From a virus (taxonomy: Duplodnaviria > Caudoviricetes), in IMG/VR virus record IMGVR_UViG_3300046779_000733, positions 1-28,158 of that record: a stretch of 28,158 nucleotides of DNA, one strand, 5' to 3'. Position 1 is the first letter of the stretch. Each line of letters starts with the position of its first letter. The notes beneath the pieces are model-generated. The model saw nothing but the letters and a program-made list of their open reading frames with translations, was not told the DNA's origin and did not search any database. A program made the translations under genes and the position numbers. Of this stretch, positions 16,103 to 25,298 are shown in pieces.

Positions 16103-17101
16103 TTATTCTCCGTTATAAATATGTAAAAGTTTTTCTTTCCATATTTCAGTATTTCCAAAGTGTGATTGCATCCAATCTTTCAATTTTTGATGTTCTTCTT
16201 TCCTTTCTTCGTAAGTATCGTTACAGATTTGTTCGTAGGTTTCCTTAAAACTTTCTGCATCTTTTGCCTTATATTTGTAGTCAAGTGGAATACACCAGTT
16301 TTCGTGTAATATTGGTATTTTACCCCAATCAACTGCTTCAAATATTCCATATCCGAATGGTTCATTTTCAAAACAAGAGTGAGATATACCCCAATCAAGT
16401 CCATAGAACCTTTCTTTATATTTGTAATCAAACTTATAAATTTTACTTTTTTCAAATTTATATCCGTATTTTTTTCTATAATACTTATTAAATGTTTCTG
16501 TATTAGTAGATACATATGATTCAAGTCCATCTATGAACTCCACATTCTTTCTACCTTCTGCTCTTGCAGCAAATCCTACTTTTAAAGATTCAGAAACTTC
16601 TTTATTTACTTTAAATTCGTATTTGTTTGGTATTTGGTGTAAATTATCCGTTTTATATGGGAAATGATATAACCCTACCCATACTTTATGTTTAATTTTA
16701 TCAATCATTTCTGATTCATATTCCCAATTACCATACCAATGTAAGTATTCTTCTTTTTGCATTTGTGCCATTAAAGACACTTTTGTTAAATTATGGAAAA
16801 CAATTGAATCAATCTTTTCCAAATTTTGATGAATAGCTCTTGTTGGGGTATAATGACCATGAAGAATATGTATCCGTCTTGCACCTTCAAATATTTTTAA
16901 TATTTCATCTTCCGATGTTTCCCAAATGTGGTCAATATCAATTGGAAACTCTTCGTAATTTTGAGGTTTGTGTCTGTGGAATAGAAGAAGTGGCTTCACT
17001 TCTAAATGAGGAGCCACTTCTTTTATCCATTCTGTTACCCATATATCCGCACCACTATTGAACCAAGGTCCTCCTGCGGTGGTGTAGTAAACGTCATACA
17101 T
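16103..17101 (-). CDS. GT-B glycosyltransferase, GT4-like
   Basis: N-terminal GGPWFNSGADIWV loop, KVGFAARAEGRKN, and EPFGYGIFEAVDWGKIPIL (EX7E motif). Confidence 0.8.
   Translation of the reverse strand: MYDVYYTTAGGPWFNSGADIWVTEWIKEVAPHLEVKPLLLFHRHKPQNYEEFPIDIDHIWETSEDEILKIFEGARRIHILHGHYTPTRAIHQNLEKIDSIVFHNLTKVSLMAQMQKEEYLHWYGNWEYESEMIDKIKHKVWVGLYHFPYKTDNLHQIPNKYEFKVNKEVSESLKVGFAARAEGRKNVEFIDGLESYVSTNTETFNKYYRKKYGYKFEKSKIYKFDYKYKERFYGLDWGISHSCFENEPFGYGIFEAVDWGKIPILHENWCIPLDYKYKAKDAESFKETYEQICNDTYEERKEEHQKLKDWMQSHFGNTEIWKEKLLHIYNGE
16114..16122 (-). promoter_or_regulatory. Putative late promoter motif ATATTTATA inside the 3' end of the glycosyltransferase gene
   Basis: Exact motif 21 nt upstream of the Hint/LamG ATG. 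Confidence 0.6.
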
Positions 17102-19132
17102 TTATTTAGAACCTATTTGTGCCTTTAACTGGTCTATTTGAATTTGTTGTTCTTTAATTGCTTCTACCAATAAACCTACCATTTTAGAATAATCTAATGC
17201 TAAGAAACCATCATTTCTTTCAGTTACTACTTGTGGTAAAACTTGCTGAACTTCTTGTGCTATTAAACCTGTTTTTGGAGTTGATTTAGTTACTTCGTTT
17301 ACATCATCATTCCATTCCCAAGTTACACCATTTAATTGTTTAACTTTTAATACTGCATTTGAGATAGTTTGAATATTATTCTTATGTCTCTTATCAGAAG
17401 TATAGTATGCCGTAATATCACCAGTTGCAGTAATAGTTCCGTTGATTGTTAAGTTACCAAATGTTGGAGTTGCGTTTGTTGCTACCGATTGTCCGATTGC
17501 TACCGTTGGAGTTGCACCTTCACCACTATTGTTTGATAAAGTCACACCTGTTCCTGCTACTAAACTTGCAACATAATCTCCTGTTGTTTGGGTTGATAAT
17601 GCAATGTTTCCACTTGCTGAACCTAATTGAATTTGTGCCGAACCGGTTACAACAGTTCCAATTGCAATTCTAATAGTATCAGCAGTTACAGTTCCTCCCA
17701 ATGATGTGGATTGTCCTGCAATTGTAATTGCGTTGTTCGTCAATCCAATTGTTGGGGTTGCTCCTTCACCACTATTGTTGGAAAGAGTAATATTAGTTCC
17801 TGCAACTAAACTAGCTACATAATCACCGGTCGTTTGAGTTGATAATGCGATGTTTCCACTTGCTGAACCTAAACTTACTTGTGATGAACCACTAATTACA
17901 CCTAATGAATTATTATATGCTAAAACATTAGAGTCAAAATTGGTAATGGTATCTGCGTTTACTTGTGAAGAACCGGATACAACACCATTTGTAGAATTAA
18001 TTGTACCATTAAATGAAGTTGCAGTAATTACATCTGCTTTAAAATCTGCTAATGCAAATCCATTACCAGAAGTATCAATTGTGCCCGATGGTTCTGATGT
18101 ATATCCTTCAAATACTTTCCAAGCACCACCATCACTTGCATCTCTAAAAATACCAGAGTGTGCATAAACACCATCATTATAATTACCAACTATACCCAAA
18201 TCAGGGTTTGTTATAGATGAACCTTCATTTAAATAAATCAAATTATCATTAATTGCTAAGTTAGTTGAATTAATGATTGATTGTGTACCGTAAACTACGA
18301 TATTTCCTAAAAATGAAACAGTTGAACCTGTCATTTGAATACCCGCTTGCAAAGAAGAAGTATATGTATTTAAATTGGTTATAGAAACACCTTGCGAGTC
18401 ATTGGTAGTTTTAGCAGTTGATGCGGAAGAAATCAATGAACCAGTAATAGTTGCTAAATTACTATTTTGTGTTAGTTGTGAACCACTAAATGTTTCCAAA
18501 TTAGATGTTTCAACTTCTAATGCAGATAATCTAGTTAATGCGGATGCACTAAATGTTTCTAAATTTGTAGTTTCTACAATTAAAGATGCAGTTGCTGAAT
18601 TTATATTAGTTATTGAAACTCTGTCAGCAGATGCCGAAGAAATCAATGAACCCGTAATGGTTGCTAATGTAGTATCATATGCACTAAATCCGGTAGTTGA
18701 TTGTAAAGTTACTTGCGATGAACCCGAAACTACACCGTTTGTTGCGTTTATAGCACCGTAAATGTTTGTACCATAGATTGCTCTGTATCTTGCCGCAGAA
18801 GAACCTAAATCAAATGCATTATCATTATTTGGTATAATGGATGAACTTAAATCTGCATTAACAACTACATTATCAGTAGCAGCATCACCAATTGTGATAG
18901 TACCTCCTAATGTTAAGTTACCTGCAATATTTGCATTACCTGTAATATCTAATCCAGAACCTGATATTGGTCCGAAAGTTCCGGTACTACCCGTTCCTGC
19001 TACTGCCAATGTAATATCACCAGTATCACCTCCGACCAATAATGTCCCTAATGTTGTGTTTACGAATGGTTCTCCGAATGCTAACGAACCTGATTGTTGT
19101 GCGGTTGTCCCACGTCTAAATTTAAGTGCCAT
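17102..19132 (-). CDS. Tail fibre protein with C-terminal intramolecular chaperone (peptidase S74)
   Basis: N-terminal LKFRRGT...LAFGEP (Mtd_N-like); C-terminal SDKRHKNNI...LNGVTWEWN...GLIAQEVQQVLPQVV...LDYSKMVGLLVEAIKE. Confidence 0.88.
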   Translation of the reverse strand: MALKFRRGTTAQQSGSLAFGEPFVNTTLGTLLVGGDTGDITLAVAGTGSTGTFGPISGSGLDITGNANIAGNLTLGGTITIGDAATDNVVVNADLSSSIIPNNDNAFDLGSSAARYRAIYGTNIYGAINATNGVVSGSSQVTLQSTTGFSAYDTTLATITGSLISSASADRVSITNINSATASLIVETTNLETFSASALTRLSALEVETSNLETFSGSQLTQNSNLATITGSLISSASTAKTTNDSQGVSITNLNTYTSSLQAGIQMTGSTVSFLGNIVVYGTQSIINSTNLAINDNLIYLNEGSSITNPDLGIVGNYNDGVYAHSGIFRDASDGGAWKVFEGYTSEPSGTIDTSGNGFALADFKADVITATSFNGTINSTNGVVSGSSQVNADTITNFDSNVLAYNNSLGVISGSSQVSLGSASGNIALSTQTTGDYVASLVAGTNITLSNNSGEGATPTIGLTNNAITIAGQSTSLGGTVTADTIRIAIGTVVTGSAQIQLGSASGNIALSTQTTGDYVASLVAGTGVTLSNNSGEGATPTVAIGQSVATNATPTFGNLTINGTITATGDITAYYTSDKRHKNNIQTISNAVLKVKQLNGVTWEWNDDVNEVTKSTPKTGLIAQEVQQVLPQVVTERNDGFLALDYSKMVGLLVEAIKEQQIQIDQLKAQIGSK
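17593..17872. repeat. Internal duplication in fibre gene, period 246 nt (82 aa)
   Basis: ttgataatgc(a/g)atgtttccacttgctgaacctaa at 17593 and 17839; protein LGSASGNIALSTQTTGDYVASLVAGT..TLSNNSGEGATPT occurs twice. Confidence 0.85.
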
Positions 19133-19168
19133 CTAGTTACCTTTTTTTTAGTACGATTATGTTGTTTA

Positions 19169-19177
19169 TATAAATAT
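19169..19177 (-). promoter_or_regulatory. Putative late promoter motif ATATTTATA
   Basis: Exact motif 36 nt upstream of ATG at 19132. Confidence 0.65.
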
Positions 19178-19194
19178 CTATTTTTTTACGAAAC

Positions 19195-21513
19195 CTACAC
19201 ATTAAAATCTATATGGAATTGGCTTCCACTATAAGTAAAGTATTGTGCATATGATGCCGAATATAATTCTAATGCATCTAATCTTGTATTGGTAGATGCA
19301 GTAAATGCGTTTATTTTAGTAAATTCAGCTGCTAAACCTGCCCCTACCGAAATAGATGCGGTATATTCCAAATCATCTAATCTAATCTCCGTTGCTCCTG
19401 TGTAAGTATTCAACGATGATGTGAATTGATGGATTGAACCTGTTACCTGTGCTAATGTTGTAAATCTTCCTTCAAAACTTGCAGTTACACTACCGATTGT
19501 TCCTAATCTACTTTCGAATGAACTTGCTGAGCTAATTAAAGAAGCAGTTACTATTCCAATTTCAGTTGCTCTACTTTCTAATGATGCAGTTTCAGTTCCT
19601 AATGTTGCAAATCTACTTTCAAATGAAGATGCCGAACTGATTAAAGAACCAGTAATAGTTGCAATTGCACTTGCTCTTCCTTCTAAACTTGCAGTTTCTG
19701 AATTTAAATTAGATACTGCAATTGTATTTAAAGATGCCGTTTGAATTAGGGAACCTGTTATGGTTGCCAAATCACTTGCTCTACCTTCTAAACTACCCGT
19801 CTCAGTTTCTAATGCAGTTAATCTTAAAAGTGTAGAAGAACTAAACGATTGTAAAGATGCACTTGCAACATTTAGAGATGCCGTAGTTTGATAAATTGAT
19901 ACTAATGAAGATGTTACACTTGCACTAAATAAATTTAAACTAGCAGTTGTTTGATATATTGATACCAAAGAGCCAGTTACACTTTCACTAAATTGATTTA
20001 ACGAAGCAGTTGTTTGATGAATACTTGTTAAATCATTATTTACCGATGTAGTGTATGAGTTTAAACTTGCAGTAGTTTGATAAATTGATACTAATGAAGA
20101 TGTTACACTTGCACTAAATAAATTTAAACTTGCAGTTGTTTGGTTTAAACTTGCAGTTGTTGAATTTAATTCTGTTAATTGTAATGAAGATGTAAATACA
20201 TTATCACCACCTGCTAAAAGTATTTTAGTTTCATTATTTTTTGGTCCTGCAATCCAGTAATCAGTTGTTGAGTCCCAAACCAAAGAACCAGATGTTGTGG
20301 TTGCACCGGTTGGGTCTTTTACCAATAAACCACCATTTGTAGTTGATGTTCCATTTAATTCAATAATATTATCTCCCAATTGAACCGTAGTTGAATCAAT
20401 TGTAGTTTGAGTTCCCCTAACCGTTAGATTACCCAATACTACTACATTCGAACCTGTAAGTTCGATTGCAGTTTTTAATGATGCAGTATATGATTGAATA
20501 TCACCCAATCTTTGTTCATGAAGAGATGCAGTTGTAATCAATGAACCACTTATGGTTGCCAAAGATGTTGCTCTACTTTCTAAACTTGCAGTTTCAGTTC
20601 TTAACGCATCTAATTGAACAAGAGCAGATGCCGATGCTAAATTTAAATTAGTTATAGAAATTGTGTTAGCAGATGCAGTTGAAATTAATGAACCACTTAT
20701 AGTTGCCAACGCAGTTGCTCTACTTTCTAAACTTGCCGTTTCTAAATTTAAATTTGTTATAGAAATCGTATTAGCAGATGCAGTTAAAATTAAAGAACCA
20801 CTAATAGTTGCTAAATCTGCAAATCTATTTTCATGCGATGAAGCAGTTAAAATCAAAGAACCAGTAATTGTTGCTAATGAAACTGCTCTACTTTCAAAAC
20901 TAGCAGTTACACTACCTACCGTTGCAAATCTACTTTCAAATGATGATGCAGAACTGATTAAAGAACCAGTAATAGTTGCTAAACTTGCATTTCTACTTTC
21001 AAATGATGATGCAGAACTGATTAAAGAACCTGTTATGGTTGCCAATGCAGTTGCTCTTGTTTCTAATGATGCAGATGTAGTTTCTAATGATGTTACTCTT
21101 TGGTTTAAAGCAGTAATATCAACACCATTTACACTACCTGTGAATGATGCACTAACACTATTTACCCACAATGTTCTCCATTTTGCACCAGTAGTTCCTA
21201 AATCTAATGTTCCATTTCCACCTGGAACTAAATTTGTTGTAAATACACCAGGAACACTAATATTATCTCCCGTGTTATTTCCTAAATATAAATTACCCGA
21301 AATTGCAACATCTCCACTAAAATAAGCATTAGAAGCAGTTACATCACCTTGCAAATAAAGTGAACCTGAATTTATATCATCTAGTCTTAATAATGTTATT
21401 GGTGTAGTTCCGTTTGAAACTTGCAAAGAGTTATACCCTTTATGTAAGTATATCTCACCATCAACTAATGATACTGAACCTGAACCTCTCCTTATTTGAA
21501 ATAATGTTGCCAT
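19195..21513 (-). CDS. Long coiled-coil fibre protein with Ser/Thr-rich heptad repeats
   Basis: FQIRRG...LVDGEI N-terminus; repeated LATITGS-LISSASS-FESR heptads; GNLTVRGTQTTIDST...DNIIELN beta module; ends IDFNV. Confidence 0.8.
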   Translation of the reverse strand: MATLFQIRRGSGSVSLVDGEIYLHKGYNSLQVSNGTTPITLLRLDDINSGSLYLQGDVTASNAYFSGDVAISGNLYLGNNTGDNISVPGVFTTNLVPGGNGTLDLGTTGAKWRTLWVNSVSASFTGSVNGVDITALNQRVTSLETTSASLETRATALATITGSLISSASSFESRNASLATITGSLISSASSFESRFATVGSVTASFESRAVSLATITGSLILTASSHENRFADLATISGSLILTASANTISITNLNLETASLESRATALATISGSLISTASANTISITNLNLASASALVQLDALRTETASLESRATSLATISGSLITTASLHEQRLGDIQSYTASLKTAIELTGSNVVVLGNLTVRGTQTTIDSTTVQLGDNIIELNGTSTTNGGLLVKDPTGATTTSGSLVWDSTTDYWIAGPKNNETKILLAGGDNVFTSSLQLTELNSTTASLNQTTASLNLFSASVTSSLVSIYQTTASLNSYTTSVNNDLTSIHQTTASLNQFSESVTGSLVSIYQTTASLNLFSASVTSSLVSIYQTTASLNVASASLQSFSSSTLLRLTALETETGSLEGRASDLATITGSLIQTASLNTIAVSNLNSETASLEGRASAIATITGSLISSASSFESRFATLGTETASLESRATEIGIVTASLISSASSFESRLGTIGSVTASFEGRFTTLAQVTGSIHQFTSSLNTYTGATEIRLDDLEYTASISVGAGLAAEFTKINAFTASTNTRLDALELYSASYAQYFTYSGSQFHIDFNV
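19883..20130. repeat. 59-bp exact direct repeat, period 189 nt
   Basis: 19883-19941 is identical to 20072-20130 (encodes part of SLNLFSASVTSSLVSIYQTT). Confidence 0.85.
20929..21030. repeat. 39-bp exact direct repeat, period 63 nt
   Basis: tctactttcaaatgatgatgcagaactgattaaagaacc at 20929 and 20992. Confidence 0.85.
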
Positions 21514-21532
21514 TTTATACTTTTATGTTTCT

Positions 21533-21541
21533 TATAAATAT
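21533..21541 (-). promoter_or_regulatory. Putative late promoter motif ATATTTATA
   Basis: Exact motif 19 nt upstream of ATG at 21513. Confidence 0.65.
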
Positions 21542-21543
21542 CT

Positions 21544-22326
21544 TTAAATATTAAAATCCAAATCTCCCGCAGTTGATATATATTTTGCTAAATGCATATA
21601 ATTTGCAGTTATACTACCAGTAGTTACATTTATTGCAGATGCACTTACCGATAAGTAAGTGGTGTTGTTGATTACAACATCAAATGAACCTGTCCTTGCT
21701 ACCGCTTGCGTATTTCCCGTACTATCTTCTGTGAAATTTACAGTTCCTGCTGCATCCGGGTCTAAATTAAAATCAAATGTATTTGGTCCTGCTGCTACAC
21801 CTACCTCTGTTCCATTAACTAAAAATGAACCACTTACTGAAACTGAACCTGTAAATTGGTGTGTATCATCACCCGTATCACCAAATTTATTAGAACCGGA
21901 TGTATATAAAATAGATGATGAAATAACACCTATATTGAATTGTCTTGCGTTTATTTCACCTAATACGGTTAGATTACCATTTATTAATCCATCATTTTCT
22001 ACTAATAATGAACTACCGGTAATACTACCACTAATATCTATATTACCGTTTGTGATTATATCTCTAACAACATACAAATCTCTTCTTAAATTTGCATCTT
22101 GCGTTATTACCAATTCACCAAATGAGCCTGTTTGGGTTAAAGTAATGGAACCAGTATTGGTTACATTTGTTGTTATAATTTCTTCAATAGAATTTGATGA
22201 CCCCGAACGATTTAAAAAAACTTTACCATCGTAAGTGTTTATTGCTATTTCACCTACATTTAATGTAGATGTATTTGGTACTTTGCCAGGTGTGGCAGAG
22301 CGTTTAAGAATAATACTTTGAGCCAT
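21544..22326 (-). CDS. Short fibre/adaptor protein, paralog of 22413..23060
   Basis: IILKRS...P....L.VGEIAINTYDGKVFL N-domain; SGSNKFGD..DDTHQFTGS module; ends LDFNI. Confidence 0.75.
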   Translation of the reverse strand: MAQSIILKRSATPGKVPNTSTLNVGEIAINTYDGKVFLNRSGSSNSIEEIITTNVTNTGSITLTQTGSFGELVITQDANLRRDLYVVRDIITNGNIDISGSITGSSLLVENDGLINGNLTVLGEINARQFNIGVISSSILYTSGSNKFGDTGDDTHQFTGSVSVSGSFLVNGTEVGVAAGPNTFDFNLDPDAAGTVNFTEDSTGNTQAVARTGSFDVVINNTTYLSVSASAINVTTGSITANYMHLAKYISTAGDLDFNI

Positions 22327-22356
22327 ATATATGGATTCTATTGAATGTTATATAAC

Positions 22357-22386
22357 AAAAAAGGGTAGTATATATATACCACCCTT
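22357..22386 (-). terminator. Hairpin / probable terminator or attenuator
   Basis: Minus strand AAGGGTGGTATATATATACTACCCTT inverted repeat followed by TTTTGTT. Confidence 0.6.
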
Positions 22387-22394
22387 ATAAATAT
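22386..22394 (-). promoter_or_regulatory. Putative late promoter motif ATATTTATA
   Basis: Exact motif 59 nt upstream of ATG at 22326, abutting the hairpin. Confidence 0.55.
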
Positions 22395-22412
22395 AATAAT
22401 TTTTATTTAAAC

Positions 22413-23060
22413 TTAAAATTGTCCTGCATCTAATAAAGAAGCAGATGCTTCTAAATTTGCCAATCTTGTTGCTACTGAACCACTAAATGATAATACATCA
22501 CCAATTCCATAAAGAGAACCACTAAAACCGTTTGTTGTTGTAAATGTTCCTCGTATTTGTTCGTTGTATCTGAATTCAATTGCATCATTTGTAGTTGCAA
22601 CTTTGTAGAGTGAACCACTACCTTGTATATACCCAACTGTTCCCGCATATGGTTCTGAATTGAAATCAAAATCATCAGGTCTCATTGAAGCAGTTACTCC
22701 TGTCAATTGAGCACCACTACCTATGAATACGGATGCTGATACAATTGATGCCGATACTGCTCCTGCAATATCAATATCACCATTGCCAACAATATCACCG
22801 GTTACATAAACTCCACCTGCAACATTTACATCGTTAGTTACAACTATTTCACCAAATGAACCAGTTTGTGTTAAAGTAATTGAACCAGTGGTTATTGAGT
22901 TTGTAACTACAATTTGCTCAATACTTTCTGCCGAACCAGATTTATGTAAGAAAACTTTCCCGTCATAGGTGTTTATTGCAACTTCACCAACACTCAAAGA
23001 ACTTGTTGTTGGGGTTTTACCTGCTACACCAGAACGTTTTAATAATATATTTTGAGCCAT
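22413..23060 (-). CDS. Short fibre/adaptor protein (start revised to MAQNILLKRS)
   Basis: N-terminus aligns with the paralog MAQSIILKRS; the ORF-track ATG at 23099 lies in a hairpin; ends LDAGQF. Confidence 0.78.
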   Translation of the reverse strand: MAQNILLKRSGVAGKTPTTSSLSVGEVAINTYDGKVFLHKSGSAESIEQIVVTNSITTGSITLTQTGSFGEIVVTNDVNVAGGVYVTGDIVGNGDIDIAGAVSASIVSASVFIGSGAQLTGVTASMRPDDFDFNSEPYAGTVGYIQGSGSLYKVATTNDAIEFRYNEQIRGTFTTTNGFSGSLYGIGDVLSFSGSVATRLANLEASASLLDAGQF

Positions 23061-23082
23061 TTGGATTTGTTTTAGTTCGTTA

Positions 23083-23112
23083 AAAATTAAACCCCCCATA
23101 TTTCAGGGGGGT
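23083..23112 (-). terminator. Probable weak terminator or stability hairpin
   Basis: ACCCCCC-TGAAATAT-GGGGGGT followed by TTAATTTTT, just after the stop at 23121. Confidence 0.65.
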
Positions 23113-23120
23113 ATTTTATG

Positions 23121-25214
23121 TTAGAACGAACCTCCGTCTATTGTATTACTCATTACAAAGTTAGAACCATCGTATTGTAGTAAATCTCCCGCAGTTGTTG
23201 GTGCGGTTACAAAGTTGATGTTATCGTTTGTATCTCTAAATGCAATTCTCTTCGAGTTACCACCACCAGATGGAACATTTAAAGATGCAGTTACTGCCGA
23301 ACCTGTTATTGGTTTGTTAAATTGCCAAGCATCAGGAGTAGATTGGTAAGTGATAGTTGCGGTTGCTCCTGCTACCTCAATACCTGCTCCGTTTGCAGCT
23401 GCTGCATTTGTTGAACCACTTGCTAATGTTATTAACTTATCTTCAACTACTAATGTTGCAGTATTTAATGTTACTGTGTTACCTTGTACTACTAAATCTC
23501 CACCAATTGTTACATTTGCAGTAGTTGTTACACTATTAAATGTTACATCGTTTGTAGTTCCAACTCCTTGTTTAGTTCCAGTTCCTTCTAATACTGTAAT
23601 TCTACTGTTTTGAGAAGATGCTGATGCTATTAAACTTCCGGATACAACACCAATTTCTGTTAATTTAGTATTTACAGATGAACTGAATGTGTTTAAGTTT
23701 GAAACAGAAGTATTTACACTTGCAGATGTTGTTTCTAAATTAGATAATCTACCATCTTGTGTATCATTAGTAGATTTAGCTGCCGATGCAGATGTTATTA
23801 AAGAACCACTAACTACACCAATCTCTGTGAAACGAGTATCAACACTTGCAGTATAAGTTGCTAATGTAGAATCTTTTGTTAATTGTGAAGAACTGAATGA
23901 GTTTAAGTTTGTAATAGAAACTCTATCAGCACTTGCAGATGCTATTAAAGAACCACTAACTACTCCAATTTCAGTAAATCTAGTTTCTGCCGATGCAGTA
24001 AATGCGTTTAATGCAGTTGTAGATGTGTTAGAAGATGTATATGAGTTTAATGCATCAATTGATACTTGTGCACTTGCAGTAAATGTATTTTGATTTGAGT
24101 TTGCAATTGCTGCTGCACTTGCAGATGATATTAACGAACCTGTTATAGTTGATAATGCCGAATTAAATGCTGTAAATCCAGTTGTTGATTGTAAAGTAAT
24201 TTGAGATGAACCACTAACTACCGAATCACCACCTGCTAAAAGGATTTTACTTTCAGAATTTTTTACACCTGCAATCCAGTAATCAGTTGTAGTATCCCAT
24301 AGTAAAGAACCAGTTGCAGTATTTGGTGCAGTTGCATCTTTTACCTGAATACCACCATTCGTTACACCACTACCATTTAATTCAATGATATTATCTCCAA
24401 TCTGAACTGTTGTTGAATCAACAATAGTTTGAGTTCCTCTAACTGTTAAGTTACCTGGAATTGTTACATCATTACTAAATGTTACATCTCTACCACTTGC
24501 AGTAAATGCAGTTTTTAATGATGAACTGTATGAGTTTAAAGTTCCTAATGATACAACTGCGTTTGAAGCAGATGATATTAATGAACCACTAACAACTCCA
24601 ATTTCCGTAAATCTTGTGTTAGCAGATGCACTAAATGTATTTAAGTTTGCGTTTGAAACAGATGCTGCACTTGCTGAACTAATCAATGAACCACTAACAA
24701 CTCCAATTTCAGTAAATCTAGAATCGTAAGATGCAGTTACTGTGCCAATTGTTGATAATTGTGTAAGAACTGCTCCTGAGAATGTATTTAATGCGTTTAC
24801 AGAATTACCAATAGTTCCACTACCAATAGATGCAGATAATGCATTAATTGATGTTGCAACAGATGCACTAAATGGTTGAATGTTACCTACTAAGTCAATT
24901 GCTTCGTTTGCACCACTACCAAGTAAAAATAAAGTTGGTAATTGTGTTGATGAACTTGCATAGTAAGGAACACCATTCAGCATTCCGTTGTAAGTTGATG
25001 CAGGGAATGTGTTTGGAGCAGTAGTTCCTCTTATAATACGGTTGGTTGCTTGAACCGTTCCATCTTGGGGAACAATGAACGCAATAGCATTACCATTGGA
25101 GGCAGTTAGGTTGGTTGAACCCGATGCTATTACTATCTCACCTTTTTGTAATGAGCCAGTTACGGTGCTTAGGGATTCTAAACTACCTCTTCTGTGTTTA
25201 ATTATTTGTGCCAT
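23121..25214 (-). CDS. Long fibre protein with Ser/Thr-rich coiled-coil repeats
   Basis: IIKHRRG...LQKGEI N-terminus; repeated RFTEIGVVSGSLISSAS; two G[ND]L.V.G...D..I.L beta modules; ends IDGGSF. Confidence 0.8.
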   Translation of the reverse strand: MAQIIKHRRGSLESLSTVTGSLQKGEIVIASGSTNLTASNGNAIAFIVPQDGTVQATNRIIRGTTAPNTFPASTYNGMLNGVPYYASSSTQLPTLFLLGSGANEAIDLVGNIQPFSASVATSINALSASIGSGTIGNSVNALNTFSGAVLTQLSTIGTVTASYDSRFTEIGVVSGSLISSASAASVSNANLNTFSASANTRFTEIGVVSGSLISSASNAVVSLGTLNSYSSSLKTAFTASGRDVTFSNDVTIPGNLTVRGTQTIVDSTTVQIGDNIIELNGSGVTNGGIQVKDATAPNTATGSLLWDTTTDYWIAGVKNSESKILLAGGDSVVSGSSQITLQSTTGFTAFNSALSTITGSLISSASAAAIANSNQNTFTASAQVSIDALNSYTSSNTSTTALNAFTASAETRFTEIGVVSGSLIASASADRVSITNLNSFSSSQLTKDSTLATYTASVDTRFTEIGVVSGSLITSASAAKSTNDTQDGRLSNLETTSASVNTSVSNLNTFSSSVNTKLTEIGVVSGSLIASASSQNSRITVLEGTGTKQGVGTTNDVTFNSVTTTANVTIGGDLVVQGNTVTLNTATLVVEDKLITLASGSTNAAAANGAGIEVAGATATITYQSTPDAWQFNKPITGSAVTASLNVPSGGGNSKRIAFRDTNDNINFVTAPTTAGDLLQYDGSNFVMSNTIDGGSF

Positions 25215-25250
25215 ATTTTGTTTTTGGTTATTCTCGTTTTATTCTCAACC

Positions 25251-25259
25251 TATAAATAT
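25251..25259 (-). promoter_or_regulatory. Putative late promoter motif ATATTTATA
   Basis: Exact motif 36 nt upstream of ATG at 25214. Confidence 0.65.
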
Positions 25260-25298
25260 CTATTTTTTATCATAACCGTTAAATAAATTTATTTATTT

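Noticed and set aside
16180-16530. Alternative-frame minus ORFs inside the GT gene (and 22472..22675)
   Set aside because: Fully nested in well-supported genes with no recognisable features
20663-22234. Long plus-strand ORFs (220 aa and 191 aa) and the other plus-strand ORFs in the track
   Set aside because: They are antisense shadows of repetitive Ser/Ala/Thr-rich genes, with no independent motifs or start signals
19440-25000. Regularly spaced repeats as a CRISPR array
   Set aside because: Repeats are in frame, inside genes, vary at synonymous sites and lack unique spacers
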